Notes: a model not told the origin generated them from the letters alone. 64,000 nucleotides of DNA from an uncultured bacterium (GCA_963825135.1 CAWGRW010000009.1:1600001-1664000); one strand, 5' to 3'; shown: positions 31,393 through 42,547, counted from the stretch's first letter. Made by a program: numbers and translations.

Positions 31393-31625
31393 AAATTTTA
31401 GTAGGTGGTTGATAGGGTCGGCTCGATTTAAACCGGATTAACTAAAGATGCTGTATTGGACTTATACTTGGATGAGGGAAGTCGGTTCGACAAAATATAG
31501 CGCAAGGCCTGAGCCAAAACCGCTCCAATGGTACTTTGCCCTCGAAGCTGGATTTGATACAGGGCGGCCCTCGGGATGGCAAGAAGCCATAACTTAAAAG
31601 AGGCCCGGATAAAGACAAGATCGAA

Positions 31626-33380
31626 ATGAAAGAACAACGAGTCAGTGCTCAGATGGGCGATATATTGATCAAGGAGGATGTAATAAACCTTGATCAGCTC
31701 AAGACGGCCATACAGGAACAGAAGGAAACAGGCAAAAGGCTTGGAGAGACCCTCCTTAACCTCGGATACATAGACGAACACCAGCTTGTCGCGTATCTCA
31801 GCAAGCAGTACGGAGTACCCGCCATAAACCTGGACCAGTTCGATATCACGCAGGATATCCTGAAAACCGTTTCCAGGGAATCGGCAACAAAACATAAATT
31901 AATTCCGATAAACAAGTCCGGTTCGACGCTCGTAGTCGCGATGTCCGATCCGTCGAATATTTTTGCCGTCGACGACCTCAAGTTCGCGACCGGCCATAAC
32001 ATCGAAGTCGTTGTGACGTCCGAAAGGTCCATACGGAATGCGATCGAGAGGTTCTATGGGTCGCAGCAGGAATGGGAGGACGCCAGGAAGGCGCAGGAGA
32101 ATTCCGCGGCCGTGGACAAGCTATTGGGCGACCTCGACGATTTTCTCATCGAGATTAGCGGCGAGGAAAATATAGACCTCAACGACCTGGAAAAGGCGTC
32201 GGAGGAAGCGCCGGTAATAAAACTCGTAAACCATCTCCTGATGGACTCGATAAAGAAAGGCGCGAGCGACATACACATCGAGCCTTATGAGAAATCGCTT
32301 CGTATAAGATACAGGATAGACGGCGTCCTATACGACATCATGCACCCGCCGCTTAAGCTCAAGAACGCGGTGACTTCGAGAATAAAAGTAATGTCCAGCC
32401 TCGACATAGCCGAAAGGAGGCTCCCGCAGGACGGCCGTATCAAGGTGAAGCTGGCTAAGAACAGGGCCATGGAATACCGTGTTTCGGTCGTTCCGACTCT
32501 ATTCGGAGAAAAGGTCGTCATGAGGATACTGGATAAAGAGTCCCTGCAGCTGGACCTGACAAAACTCGGATTTTATGATGACCAGCTTGAGGTATTCAGG
32601 AGATCGATTTACAGGCCTTTCGGTATGGTCTTGATAACCGGCCCAACAGGCAGCGGTAAAACGACTACGCTTTACTCCGCCATTATGGATTTGAACCGTA
32701 TCGACGTAAACATATCGACCGCGGAAGACCCGGTGGAGTACAGTCTTCCCGGTGTGAACCAGGTACAGGTGCACGAGGAAATCGGCCTCACGTTCGCTTC
32801 CTGTCTGAGATCGTTTCTGAGGCAGGACCCGGACATAATACTCGTCGGTGAGGTCAGGGATTACGAAACAGCCGAGATAGCTATAAAATCGGCGCTTACC
32901 GGACACCTTGTCCTCTCCACTCTCCATACGAACGATGCCCCATCCACGATTACCAGGCTCCTCAACATGGGAGTAGAGCCCTTCCTTGTTACCGCGTCTC
33001 TTAACGCTATCGCGGCTCAGAGGCTCGTGAGGGTCGTTTGTCACGAGTGCAAGCATGAAACGGAGGTCGCTCCCCAGGTCTTGATAGACCTCGGAGTCTC
33101 TCCCAAAGAGGTTGCCGATTATATCGTTTATAAGGGGAGGGGCGAGGGCTGCAAGACTTGTTCCGGGACGGGTTATAAGGGGCGGCTTGCCGTGTTCGAG
33201 GTCATGGAGTTGACTGATGAGCTTAAGGAATTCATTCTCAGCGGCGCGTCTTCTCTCGAAATTAAAAGGGAGGCGATAAGGCAGGGTATGAAGACCTTAA
33301 GGCAAAGCGCACTTATTAAGCTGAAGCAGGGCATTACATCGATCGAAGAAGTGGTGAGGAACACAGCGGCAGACGATTAG
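31626..33380 (+). CDS. pilB: Type IV pilus assembly ATPase PilB
   Basis: MshEN-like N-terminus (RLGETLL), GPTGSGKTTTLY, LRQDPD, tetra-Cys Zn site. Confidence 0.96.
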   Translation: MKEQRVSAQMGDILIKEDVINLDQLKTAIQEQKETGKRLGETLLNLGYIDEHQLVAYLSKQYGVPAINLDQFDITQDILKTVSRESATKHKLIPINKSGSTLVVAMSDPSNIFAVDDLKFATGHNIEVVVTSERSIRNAIERFYGSQQEWEDARKAQENSAAVDKLLGDLDDFLIEISGEENIDLNDLEKASEEAPVIKLVNHLLMDSIKKGASDIHIEPYEKSLRIRYRIDGVLYDIMHPPLKLKNAVTSRIKVMSSLDIAERRLPQDGRIKVKLAKNRAMEYRVSVVPTLFGEKVVMRILDKESLQLDLTKLGFYDDQLEVFRRSIYRPFGMVLITGPTGSGKTTTLYSAIMDLNRIDVNISTAEDPVEYSLPGVNQVQVHEEIGLTFASCLRSFLRQDPDIILVGEVRDYETAEIAIKSALTGHLVLSTLHTNDAPSTITRLLNMGVEPFLVTASLNAIAAQRLVRVVCHECKHETEVAPQVLIDLGVSPKEVADYIVYKGRGEGCKTCSGTGYKGRLAVFEVMELTDELKEFILSGASSLEIKREAIRQGMKTLRQSALIKLKQGITSIEEVVRNTAADD

Positions 33381-33394
33381 CGTGGGAGGATAGA

Positions 33395-34498
33395 TTGGCG
33401 ATAGCGGTAGACAGACTTTTAAAACTGATGGTCGAGAACGGGGCTTCGGATCTGCATATCACTGCGGGTGTACCGCCCATGCTGCGTATCGACGGCAAAC
33501 TCGTTCCGGTCAAGCACCCTCCGTTAAACCCGACGGATACAAAAGAGGTCTGTTACAGCGTGCTGACCGACATGCAGAAGCATAGATTCGAAGAGAATTG
33601 GGAGCTCGATTTTTCTTTCGGTATGGAGAATCTGGGACGGTTCCGCGGCAACATATTCACACAAAAAGGAGCGGTTGCTGGCGCTTTCAGACTCCTTCCA
33701 TTCGTTTTAAAGAGCTATCAGGATTTGGGACTCCCCCCTGTGCTCGCCGATCTGGCCAGGAAGCCGAGAGGGTTGATAGTGATTACCGGACCGACCGGCT
33801 CGGGCAAGACGACCAGCCTCGCGAGCGTCGTCGACCAGATAAACAAAGAGCGTCACGAGCATATCGTAACGATCGAAGACCCGATCGAATACGTCTTTGA
33901 CCACAAAAGCTGCATAGTCAACCAGAGGGAAGTAGGGAGCGATACCAAGAGCTTCGCGAACGCGCTCAAAAGCGTGTTAAGGGAAGACCCCGACGTCGTA
34001 CTCATAGGTGAGATGAGGGATCTCGAAACTATCAAGATAGCGCTTACACTGTCCGAAACCGGACACCTGACCCTCGCCACGCTTCATACGAACACGGCGG
34101 TACAGACTATCAACCGTATGATAGATGTTTTTCCTCCGCATGAGCAGTCGCAGGTCAGGGCGCAGCTGTCGTTCGTTCTCGAAGGGATTCTGTGCCAAAC
34201 GCTCATACCGAGGATCGGCGGCGGGCGTGTGCTGGCGGTCGAGGTGCTCATACCCAACCCCGCGATCAGAAACCTCATCCGCGAAGATAAAGTGCATCAG
34301 ATATATTCGCAGCAGCAGATAGGACAGGAGAAGTGGAAGATGCAGACTCTGAACCAGAGTCTTACCGATTTATACCTCAGAAAGCTTATAAGCTTCGACG
34401 ATGCTCTCGGAAAATCTCAGGAGCCCGACGAGATTAAAAGAATGATAAGCGACCGCACTTCTTCCGAGGGTTCAAAAGAGCGGATCATGAGGCAGTAA
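33395..34498 (+). CDS. pilT: Type IV pilus retraction ATPase PilT
   Basis: GASDLH, GPTGSGKTT, LREDPD, AIRNLIRE. Confidence 0.96.
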   Translation: MAIAVDRLLKLMVENGASDLHITAGVPPMLRIDGKLVPVKHPPLNPTDTKEVCYSVLTDMQKHRFEENWELDFSFGMENLGRFRGNIFTQKGAVAGAFRLLPFVLKSYQDLGLPPVLADLARKPRGLIVITGPTGSGKTTSLASVVDQINKERHEHIVTIEDPIEYVFDHKSCIVNQREVGSDTKSFANALKSVLREDPDVVLIGEMRDLETIKIALTLSETGHLTLATLHTNTAVQTINRMIDVFPPHEQSQVRAQLSFVLEGILCQTLIPRIGGGRVLAVEVLIPNPAIRNLIREDKVHQIYSQQQIGQEKWKMQTLNQSLTDLYLRKLISFDDALGKSQEPDEIKRMISDRTSSEGSKERIMRQ

Positions 34499-34559
34499 TC
34501 GATCGAGGTGTCGTAAAAGTGCTTGAATATGTGTTGACGCATAAAGGGAGGAATTGATA

Positions 34560-35774
34560 ATGCCGGTATTTGTCTGGGAAGGGAGATTCGGGGGATCGAT
34601 AAAGAAGGGCGAGATGGATGCTCCCAGCAAGTCTGCGGTCCTGGCCCGTTTGAGGCAGATGCAGATACAACCTATCCCCAACCGCATAAAGGAGAAAGGC
34701 AAGCTCTTCGGCTTAAGCTTATCGTTCGGCACTATATCAACGAGGGACCTGGTAGTTTTCACCAGACAGCTCTCCACTATGATAGACGCCGGTCTTCCCC
34801 TTGTCAGGGGACTCGATATTATCGCGTCCCAGCACCCGAACCAAAAATTCAAGCAGATAATCGTGAGGGTTAAAGAGGACGTGGAAGCCGGTTCCACCTT
34901 CGCTGACGCTCTTACCAAGCACCCCAAGGTCTTCAGCAACCTCTACACGCAGCTGATTAAAGCGGGTGAAACGGGCGGAGTGCTAGACGTAATTCTTCAG
35001 AGACTGGCCAGTTATCTCGAAAAAATGGACTCTATAAAAAGAAAAATCAAGGGTGCGATGATATATCCCGCCATAGTAATCAGTGTGGCCGTGCTCGTCC
35101 TCGCCATTGTAATCATATTCGTCGTTCCGGTGTTCGCCGAGATGTTCAAGGACATGGGGACTACGTTGCCTACCCTGACTCAGATGGTAGTCGATATCAG
35201 CTTTTTTACGAGACAGAATATTATCTATATATTGATCGCTATCGCGGCAATATTCTTCCTCACTGGTTTCACCTACAGCAAGTCGCATAAGGTACGAAGA
35301 CTCTTCGATGCTTTCCTGCTCAAGCTATGGCTGGTGGGGCCTCTGTTGTTAAAGACCGTAATAGCCAGGTTCTGCAGGACCCTTGCTACTCTCACGGCGG
35401 GCGGTATAGCGATATTGGACGGACTGGAAATAACCGCGAAAGCCTCGGGAAACATGATAACGGAGGAAGCCATACTGGAAGCCAGGAAAAGAGTGAGTGA
35501 AGGTCAGACGCTTGCGGAGCCGCTCGCGATGAGGCCCAAGCTCTTCCCGCCGATGGTTGTACAGATGATCTCCGTGGGCGAGCAGACGGGCGCGCTCGAA
35601 GACATGCTCAATAAAATAGCCGACTTTTACGAAGAAGAGGTCGATATAGCCGTCGCCTCTCTGTTGTCGGCACTCGAGCCGCTTATGATTACGGTCCTGG
35701 GAGCCACGGTCGGGGTCATAGTCGTATCTATGTACCTGCCGATGTTTAAGCTTGTTGCGGCAATGTCGAACTGA
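34560..35774 (+). CDS. pilC: Type IV pilus platform protein PilC
   Basis: FTRQLSTMIDAGLPL, AGETGG, GEQTGALEDML, MYLPMF. Confidence 0.95.
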   Translation: MPVFVWEGRFGGSIKKGEMDAPSKSAVLARLRQMQIQPIPNRIKEKGKLFGLSLSFGTISTRDLVVFTRQLSTMIDAGLPLVRGLDIIASQHPNQKFKQIIVRVKEDVEAGSTFADALTKHPKVFSNLYTQLIKAGETGGVLDVILQRLASYLEKMDSIKRKIKGAMIYPAIVISVAVLVLAIVIIFVVPVFAEMFKDMGTTLPTLTQMVVDISFFTRQNIIYILIAIAAIFFLTGFTYSKSHKVRRLFDAFLLKLWLVGPLLLKTVIARFCRTLATLTAGGIAILDGLEITAKASGNMITEEAILEARKRVSEGQTLAEPLAMRPKLFPPMVVQMISVGEQTGALEDMLNKIADFYEEEVDIAVASLLSALEPLMITVLGATVGVIVVSMYLPMFKLVAAMSN

Positions 35775-35888
35775 CGCTCGGGCACTTAATAGGCGCGTAA
35801 CTATCCAGTATCCTTGTGTATTCATCAGCCTCACCGGTATTAATTACTCTTGTCACGATTGGAGTGTAGGTATAGTCTTAGAACTGAT

Positions 35889-37529
35889 ATGAAAGTACTT
35901 CAGAGTCCGGAAGCGGGGCTAAAAAGCTCGGTGGTATTAAGGGTGATTATTACAACCGTCCTCCTAGGCTCGGGCGCCGTCATATATTACGGAAGAGGCG
36001 CAAGAAAAGAAGCCTTTTGCCTGGCAGTGATAGTAGCCGTAATTTACTTCCTTAGCCTTGTCGCGCTGCTCCTTCAGTCCCTCATTCAGCGGTACCAGGG
36101 GATATTTAAAATTACACAGATTTTTTTCGATCTATGTCTTGCCTCGACCGTAATATATGTAACAGGCGGCAGGTCGAGCCCGTTCATTTTTTTATATGTT
36201 CTGATAATCATCAATGCAAGCATCGTGCTCACGAAAGCGGCAAGTTACGTCACGGCCCTCCTGTCCGGTCTTATCTATGTGCTGATCGTTTTTTATCAGA
36301 TTAGAATCGAAGTCCCTGTCCTGCCTGATGCGGGTTTATGGAGCTCGGTGTCTAAATGGGGAGAGATAGGGCTTGTCTCCACATATTTCCATCTGACCGG
36401 GTTTCTGCTCGTCGCCATACTGTCGGGTTATCTTTCGGAAAGGTTCCGCACCGCCGGCAGGGAGCTCGGTGAGAGCGAAAGGAGCTTAAGGATACTCCAG
36501 AATCTCCACGAGAATATCATACAGAGTCTCACGAGCGGAGTAATCACGTTAAACCTGGACGGCAAGGTCATCTCCGCTAACAAAACCGGCCTCGAGATAC
36601 TGGGATTAAAGGGTGAGGACAAAATATTGGGCAGAGGCCTGGGCCGGTTCATGACGGGTCTTCATCTCGAGGACCTCGTTTCCAAAAAGCGGGAGCAGAT
36701 GTTGTACACCGCGCCCGACGGAAGGATGGTTACGCTTGGTTTTTCATCTTCGGACCTGAAAGATACCGAAGAGAAAACACAGGGATATATTATCATATTC
36801 CAGGACCTGACGGAGGTGAAGGAACTGGAAGACCGGCTGATGACTTCCGAAAAAATGGCGCTCCTCGGTCAGCTGGCCGCCGGTCTCGCGCACGAGCTCA
36901 GGAATCCCCTTTCGGCAATCAGCGGTGCAGTCGAGATGCTGAGCAGCGACGTAAAACCGACTGAAGAGAATCTAAGGCTCGTCCGAATGGCGTCTCAGGA
37001 GGTGGAGAGACTCAATTTACTTGTTGAGGATTTTTTGATCCTGACGATGCCGATCCAGAAGCTGACCACTCTGGTGGACCTCGGACGGATCATTACCGAC
37101 ACGGTGGAGTCGTTCGCGAAGACGATAAGACGCGGCAACATAGAGATAATAAACCAGGTCGAAAAGGGTATATACGTACAGGCGGATTCCTATCGACTGA
37201 AGCAGGCGGTCTGGAATCTGCTCCTGAATTCCGTCGATGCCATGCCTATAGGCGGTCTGATAATAATTAAATCAAGGGCGGAGGACGATAGCGTCGTCAT
37301 CGAGATTTCAGACGAGGGTAAGGGGATAGACGAGAACTTCATTTCCAGGATTTTCGATCCGTTCTTCACCACGAAGGAAGTGGGTACTGGGCTCGGTCTT
37401 GCGATTGTACAAAAGGTTATAGAAGGTTATAATGGAAATATAAATGTGGTGAGTTCGCGCGGGAAAGGGGCGACTTTCGTTATCACATTGCCGAGGTTTA
37501 AAGAGGTGCCTGCCGATGTCATACATTGA
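35889..37529 (+). CDS. pilS: Sensor histidine kinase PilS
   Basis: Multi-TM N-terminus, PAS-like region, H-box LAHELRNPL, GTGLGL; lies between pilC and pilR. Confidence 0.88.
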   Translation: MKVLQSPEAGLKSSVVLRVIITTVLLGSGAVIYYGRGARKEAFCLAVIVAVIYFLSLVALLLQSLIQRYQGIFKITQIFFDLCLASTVIYVTGGRSSPFIFLYVLIIINASIVLTKAASYVTALLSGLIYVLIVFYQIRIEVPVLPDAGLWSSVSKWGEIGLVSTYFHLTGFLLVAILSGYLSERFRTAGRELGESERSLRILQNLHENIIQSLTSGVITLNLDGKVISANKTGLEILGLKGEDKILGRGLGRFMTGLHLEDLVSKKREQMLYTAPDGRMVTLGFSSSDLKDTEEKTQGYIIIFQDLTEVKELEDRLMTSEKMALLGQLAAGLAHELRNPLSAISGAVEMLSSDVKPTEENLRLVRMASQEVERLNLLVEDFLILTMPIQKLTTLVDLGRIITDTVESFAKTIRRGNIEIINQVEKGIYVQADSYRLKQAVWNLLLNSVDAMPIGGLIIIKSRAEDDSVVIEISDEGKGIDENFISRIFDPFFTTKEVGTGLGLAIVQKVIEGYNGNINVVSSRGKGATFVITLPRFKEVPADVIH

Positions 37530-37549
37530 TTCCCCTACGGAGGTCCCGG

Positions 37550-38968
37550 ATGGGGCAAAGTGACAGTAACATATTAGTAGTCGACGACGAACCGGGCATG
37601 AGGGAATTCCTGGAGATAATGCTCCAGAAAGACGGTTACAACGTCGAAACAGCCGCTGACGGCACGGAAGCCATAGATAAGGTGGAAGAGAAGCTTTTCG
37701 ACCTCGCCATCGTCGACATTCAAATGCCGGTATTGAACGGTATAGAAGTGCTGAAGAAATTTAACGAAAAGAGTCCCGATACTACGGTGATTATGATAAC
37801 TGCGTACGCCTCGCACGAAACCGCGATCGAAGCGATGAAGCTCGGGGCATACGATTATATCACCAAACCGTTTAAAATCGACGAGATAAAACTGGTAATA
37901 AAGAAGGCGCTTGAAAAGAAGAAGCTCGAGCGTGAGAACACCAGATTGAGAAAGGAACTCGAGACACAGTACGGCTTCGGAAATATTATAGGCAGAAGTC
38001 CTTCCATCGTAAAAGTTTTCGAGCTCATTAAGAGAGTCTCGGAGCTCAACGTGAATGTGCTGATAACCGGCGAGAGCGGGACGGGAAAGGAGTTGGTCGC
38101 GAGGGCAATACATTACAGCGGTTCGAGACACGATAAACCCTTCGTCCCCGTAAACTGCGGGGCCATTCCCGAGACTCTGATGGAGAGCGAGCTCTTCGGC
38201 TACAGAAAGGGCGCGTTCACGGGTGCGGTAAGGGATAAACGCGGGCTGTTCGAAGAGGCCGACGGCGGTACGATTTTTCTCGATGAAATCGGCGATATGC
38301 CGCTTCATCTACAGGTCAAGCTCCTCAGGGTTCTCGAAGAGAGGAAAATAAGGCCGCTCGGGGGGACGGAATCCATGGGCATCGATGTAAGGCTCATTAC
38401 CGCGACGAATAAAAAGCTCGAGGAAGAAGTTACTAGCGCGAAGTTCCGGGAAGACCTGTTTTATCGCCTGAACGTCATCAAGATAGTGCTGCCTCCGCTC
38501 AGGGAGAGAAAGATCGACGTTTCGCCGCTCGCCATTCACTTCATCAATAAGTATTCGATCGAGATGGGGAAGGAAATTCGCGGGATTTCCCCGAAGGCGC
38601 TTGAAATCCTCGAGAACTATCACTACCCCGGGAACGTGAGGGAGCTCGAGAATATTATAGCCCGGTGCGTAGCGCTCGAATCGTCAAACGTCATACGTCA
38701 GGAAACCCTTCCTCAATTGGTTACAGGAAGAGACTACCTCGACCTCGATACGAGCTTCTCCTCGAATTCGAGCCTCGACACGCTCCTGGGCGACGTCGAG
38801 AAAAAGATGATAGAGAAGGCGCTCAGAACCACGAACGGTAACAAGACCGAAGCCGCGAGGCTTCTCGGAATTACGCTCCGCTCGCTCAGGTACAGGCTTG
38901 CAAAACACGAGCTCGACGACGGAAACGGAGACGACCTCGAGGATATGGACGAGGCCGGGGAGCTTTAG
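37550..38968 (+). CDS. pilR: Sigma54-dependent response regulator PilR
   Basis: REC domain, GESGTGKE, GAFTGA, Fis-type HTH ending RSLRYRL. Confidence 0.9.
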   Translation: MGQSDSNILVVDDEPGMREFLEIMLQKDGYNVETAADGTEAIDKVEEKLFDLAIVDIQMPVLNGIEVLKKFNEKSPDTTVIMITAYASHETAIEAMKLGAYDYITKPFKIDEIKLVIKKALEKKKLERENTRLRKELETQYGFGNIIGRSPSIVKVFELIKRVSELNVNVLITGESGTGKELVARAIHYSGSRHDKPFVPVNCGAIPETLMESELFGYRKGAFTGAVRDKRGLFEEADGGTIFLDEIGDMPLHLQVKLLRVLEERKIRPLGGTESMGIDVRLITATNKKLEEEVTSAKFREDLFYRLNVIKIVLPPLRERKIDVSPLAIHFINKYSIEMGKEIRGISPKALEILENYHYPGNVRELENIIARCVALESSNVIRQETLPQLVTGRDYLDLDTSFSSNSSLDTLLGDVEKKMIEKALRTTNGNKTEAARLLGITLRSLRYRLAKHELDDGNGDDLEDMDEAGEL

Positions 38969-39003
38969 TCCCGCTGAAGGAATCCGGGCGGGATTTTACT
39001 TGA

Positions 39004-39480
39004 TCACATCTTATACTTCCCGAAATCGCCTTCAGGGATCTTATCCAGCAATTCCGCTAATTTTTCTTTATCTTCGTCTATTTCGATCTTCTTCGATTTC
39101 TCGATGACCTCGTTGTTGACGAATATTGGCGAATCCGTCCTGAGGGCTATCGCGATGGCGTCGCTGGGTCTGGAGTCCAGGGAATATTCTTCGTTGTCCC
39201 TTTTTACATAGATGCGGGCATAGAAGGTATCGTCCCTCAAGTCTGTGACTTCGATTTTTGTCACGATGAATTTTAATTTCTCGAGAAGGTTTTTGACCAA
39301 GTCGTGGGTTATCGGCCTTAAGCGGGGAGTTTTTTCAAGCTCCATGGCAATCGAGCTCGCCTCCATAAACCCGATCCATATCGGGAGGGTCTTTTCGTTC
39401 GCGGCGTCTTTTAAGATTACAATAGGGGTGTTGGTGAAAGGGTCAAGAGCGATGCCGGATACCTTCATCAGAAGAAACAT
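39004..39480 (-). CDS. Bifunctional nuclease family protein (DUF151)
   Basis: LPIWIGFMEA, RPITHDL, DSRPSDAIAIA. Confidence 0.92.
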   Translation of the reverse strand: MFLLMKVSGIALDPFTNTPIVILKDAANEKTLPIWIGFMEASSIAMELEKTPRLRPITHDLVKNLLEKLKFIVTKIEVTDLRDDTFYARIYVKRDNEEYSLDSRPSDAIAIALRTDSPIFVNNEVIEKSKKIEIDEDKEKLAELLDKIPEGDFGKYKM

Positions 39481-39499
39481 AAGTCACCTCCCTGTTAAA

Positions 39500-40807
39500 T
39501 TATACAGACAGTTCGCCCCGAATGGAATTGGACAGTCCTTCGGTGATCCTGACCTTGAGAATTTTGCCCGACAGCGCGCTCGTCCCCTTGAAATGAGTGA
39601 TTCTGTTGTGACTCGTCCTGCCGGTCAGGATTTCGGGATCGTTCCTGCTCGTACCCTCGGCAAGCACTTCTTCTATGCGTCCCACCCTTTCCAGGTTCTT
39701 TCTCAGAGTGACCTCCCTCTGGAAAGACTGGAGCTCGGACAACCTGTTCCCGGCGGTATCATCGTCGACTATTTCCGCTACGGGACATCCGGCGGCAGGC
39801 GTGCCCGGACGCGGGGAGAATTTAAACGAGAAGGCGCCGTCGAACTCGGTCTCTTCCAGGAGCGACATAGTGTCCCTGAAGTCCTGCTCGCTCTCACCGG
39901 GATAACCTACGATTATGTCGGTCGAAATCGCGATGTCGGGCACTGCGTCCTTTAGTCTCTTAACCGTATCCGAATACCATTCCCTCGTATATGTCCTCTT
40001 CATTCTGCTTAGTATGAGATTTGACCCGGACTGGACGGGCAAGTGTATGTGGCGGCATATTTTAGGCACGTCCCTGACCGCCTCGATCATCCTCGCAGTA
40101 ATGTCCCTGGGGTAGGAAGTCGTAAACCGTATCCTTTCGAGGTCTTCTATGTCGGCCGCGGCTCTGAGCAGGTCTCCGAATTTGTACCCGTTTTCCTTCC
40201 AGGAGTTGACTGTCTGGCCGATGAAAGTAACTTCTCTCACCCCCTTATTTACGAGGTTCTCCGTTTCCCTTAACACTTCCCGGAGCGGTCTGTTTACTTC
40301 GTCGCCTCTTACGTAGGGGACTATGCAGTACGAGCACCTTTTGTTGCATCCCTGCTGTACTGAAACGAATGCCGTGACCTTGCCTTCTCTATGATACGGC
40401 TCTACGTCGAAGAGCTCCTGAATGTCATAAGAAGTTTCGACGGCTCTGCGCTTTTCCTTCTCTATCCCGGATATCAGCTCGGGCAGTTTGGGGATGGCTC
40501 TCGGGCCCAGAACGAAATCGAGATACGGCATTCTGTGAAGGAGTTTTTCTCCGTACAGCTGGGCCACGCACCCGGATATGCCGACGATCAAGTCGGGGTT
40601 CTTCGACTTTAGGTGTTTATATTTTCCCAGACTGCTGAAAGCCTTCTGGTCGGCTTTGTCCCGGATAGCGCATGTGTTAATAATGATGATGTCTGCTTTA
40701 TTCGGGTTGTCGGTCGCCTCGACATCGAGAGCGTTACGGATTCTGTCGGAGTCGTATTCGTTCATCTGACAGCCGTAGGTCTCTATATATAAATACTTAT
40801 TTTTCAT
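39500..40807 (-). CDS. miaB: tRNA methylthiotransferase MiaB
   Basis: TYGCQMNEYDS, radical SAM CNKRCSYC, HLPVQSGS, C-terminal TRAM domain. Confidence 0.95.
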   Translation of the reverse strand: MKNKYLYIETYGCQMNEYDSDRIRNALDVEATDNPNKADIIIINTCAIRDKADQKAFSSLGKYKHLKSKNPDLIVGISGCVAQLYGEKLLHRMPYLDFVLGPRAIPKLPELISGIEKEKRRAVETSYDIQELFDVEPYHREGKVTAFVSVQQGCNKRCSYCIVPYVRGDEVNRPLREVLRETENLVNKGVREVTFIGQTVNSWKENGYKFGDLLRAAADIEDLERIRFTTSYPRDITARMIEAVRDVPKICRHIHLPVQSGSNLILSRMKRTYTREWYSDTVKRLKDAVPDIAISTDIIVGYPGESEQDFRDTMSLLEETEFDGAFSFKFSPRPGTPAAGCPVAEIVDDDTAGNRLSELQSFQREVTLRKNLERVGRIEEVLAEGTSRNDPEILTGRTSHNRITHFKGTSALSGKILKVRITEGLSNSIRGELSV

Positions 40808-40986
40808 GTAGTTAACAATGTAACGCTCCCGCCGGGCATAGTCAAGAAAAAATCGGGGCGAAAATATACGTAAGATACAGTAAATTTTAAATTAAGGCGG
40901 GGTCACCCGGTCGATTTTATCTCATTGACATCAAAGGGGAAATTTAGTAGGATGGAGGAAAGTTGGCGGGCAAAGGAGAGTAAAGA

Positions 40987-42327
40987 ATGAGCGGCGGCAC
41001 AGCTGGAAGCACGAATGCGCGGCAAGGGATCTTCGCCTGGTCCAGGGACATAAACGCCGATCAGTGGAGGGCGTTTTACGCGGCATTCCTGGGGTGGACC
41101 CTCGACGCGATGGACCTGCTCCTTTTCGCGTTCGCCGTGGGGTCGATAGGGAAAGTTTTTCATCTTTCGGAGGCCTGGGTCGGCGCTCTGTTCTCGGTCA
41201 CGCTGTTCTCATCGGCTTTCGGCGGGGCGCTCTTCGGAATTGTGTCCGATTATATCGGGCGCGTGCGAGCGCTTACCTATACGATTATAGTTTATTCCGC
41301 CTTCACGGGTATCAGCGCCTTTTCTCCGAACATAGTGTTCCTACTCTCCTGCCGTCTCATACTCGGACTGGGCATGGGGGGCGAGTGGGCGTCGGGCGAG
41401 GTGCTGGTCGCGGAAAAATGGCCCAAAGAGCACAGAGGGAAGGTCATAGGCATGGTCCAGAGCGGCTGGGGCCTCGGCTACATTCTTGCCGCGATACTGG
41501 CCACGCTGATCATCCCGTACTTTAAGGCCGGTCAGGCTTATACCATACCCCTGCTTAATATTACACTGGACGGGCTCGACCTCGGATGGAGGATACTTTT
41601 CTTCGTCGGAGTCGCGCCGGCCTTTCTGGTTTTTTATATTAGGAGACACCTCGATGAGCCCGAGGTCTGGAAGAAAACCAGCGAGATGAGAAAAGCCGGG
41701 CAGCTTAGTGAAAAAGGGCAGGGCTTTACTCTGGGACAGATTTTCGCGCCCGATCTAATCAGGTATACGATTACAGCCTCCCTCCTTACGAGTCTGTGCA
41801 TGATCGCGTACTGGGGTCTCTATTTCTGGCTGCCCCAGTTCCTGGCCAGTGACAAGGGCGTGGGTTTAAACACCAAGGGTTTTATCTGGATCATACCTAT
41901 TAATATAGGGGCGTTCATCGGGTGTAATACGTTCGGTTTTATAAGCGACCGGTTCGGTCGGAGGCCCGTATTCGTGGGGTATCTCCTCATTATGGCCGTT
42001 CTCGTATGGTTTTTCGGACATGCAACGACCTTAAAAGACGTCCTTATTCTGGGGCCGTTTATCGGGTTTTTCGGTACGGGTTTTTATTCCGGGTTCGGGG
42101 CTATATTCTCCGAGATATTCCCCACACGAGCGAGAGGGACTGCCCAGGGGTTCTGTTACAACGTCGGAAGGGGGATTTCGGCCGTGGCTCCCCCGCTTAT
42201 AGGGTTCCTTGTTGATAAATACGGCTTTGCCGTGGGACTCACCACGGTTTCGGTTTTTGCCGTCGCGGCAGCGATTGTGGTTCTGACCCTCCCTGAAACC
42301 AGGGGTAAGGCGCTCGATATAGAATAG
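40987..42327 (+). CDS. MFS transporter (organic acid/sialate symporter-like)
   Basis: GWTLDAMD, SDYIGRV, GLGMGGEW, SDRFGRR; about 12 TMs. Confidence 0.9.
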   Translation: MSGGTAGSTNARQGIFAWSRDINADQWRAFYAAFLGWTLDAMDLLLFAFAVGSIGKVFHLSEAWVGALFSVTLFSSAFGGALFGIVSDYIGRVRALTYTIIVYSAFTGISAFSPNIVFLLSCRLILGLGMGGEWASGEVLVAEKWPKEHRGKVIGMVQSGWGLGYILAAILATLIIPYFKAGQAYTIPLLNITLDGLDLGWRILFFVGVAPAFLVFYIRRHLDEPEVWKKTSEMRKAGQLSEKGQGFTLGQIFAPDLIRYTITASLLTSLCMIAYWGLYFWLPQFLASDKGVGLNTKGFIWIIPINIGAFIGCNTFGFISDRFGRRPVFVGYLLIMAVLVWFFGHATTLKDVLILGPFIGFFGTGFYSGFGAIFSEIFPTRARGTAQGFCYNVGRGISAVAPPLIGFLVDKYGFAVGLTTVSVFAVAAAIVVLTLPETRGKALDIE

Positions 42328-42547
42328 TATTACAGCGTGACGGCATTTGCATCCGGCTTCCGTCCCGACTCCTAGGGATGACCTTGTAAAATGCAAGTAT
42401 CTTTTTATATTACGCTTATTATTCGCAATGTGTTACGTCCTCTATAATAGTCCTCCTGTATATTTAGGGATACCCAAGATACCTCCTATTTGTAAGCGAG
42501 CGGATTAATTTCAGCGGGTTCTTACATGCCTTAAAATCAAACTTTAG

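Noticed and set aside
31440..31620. Cyclic-dinucleotide (GEMM) riboswitch before pilB
   Set aside because: I could not find the GNRA tetraloop/receptor P1-P2 consensus; only generic hairpins are visible.
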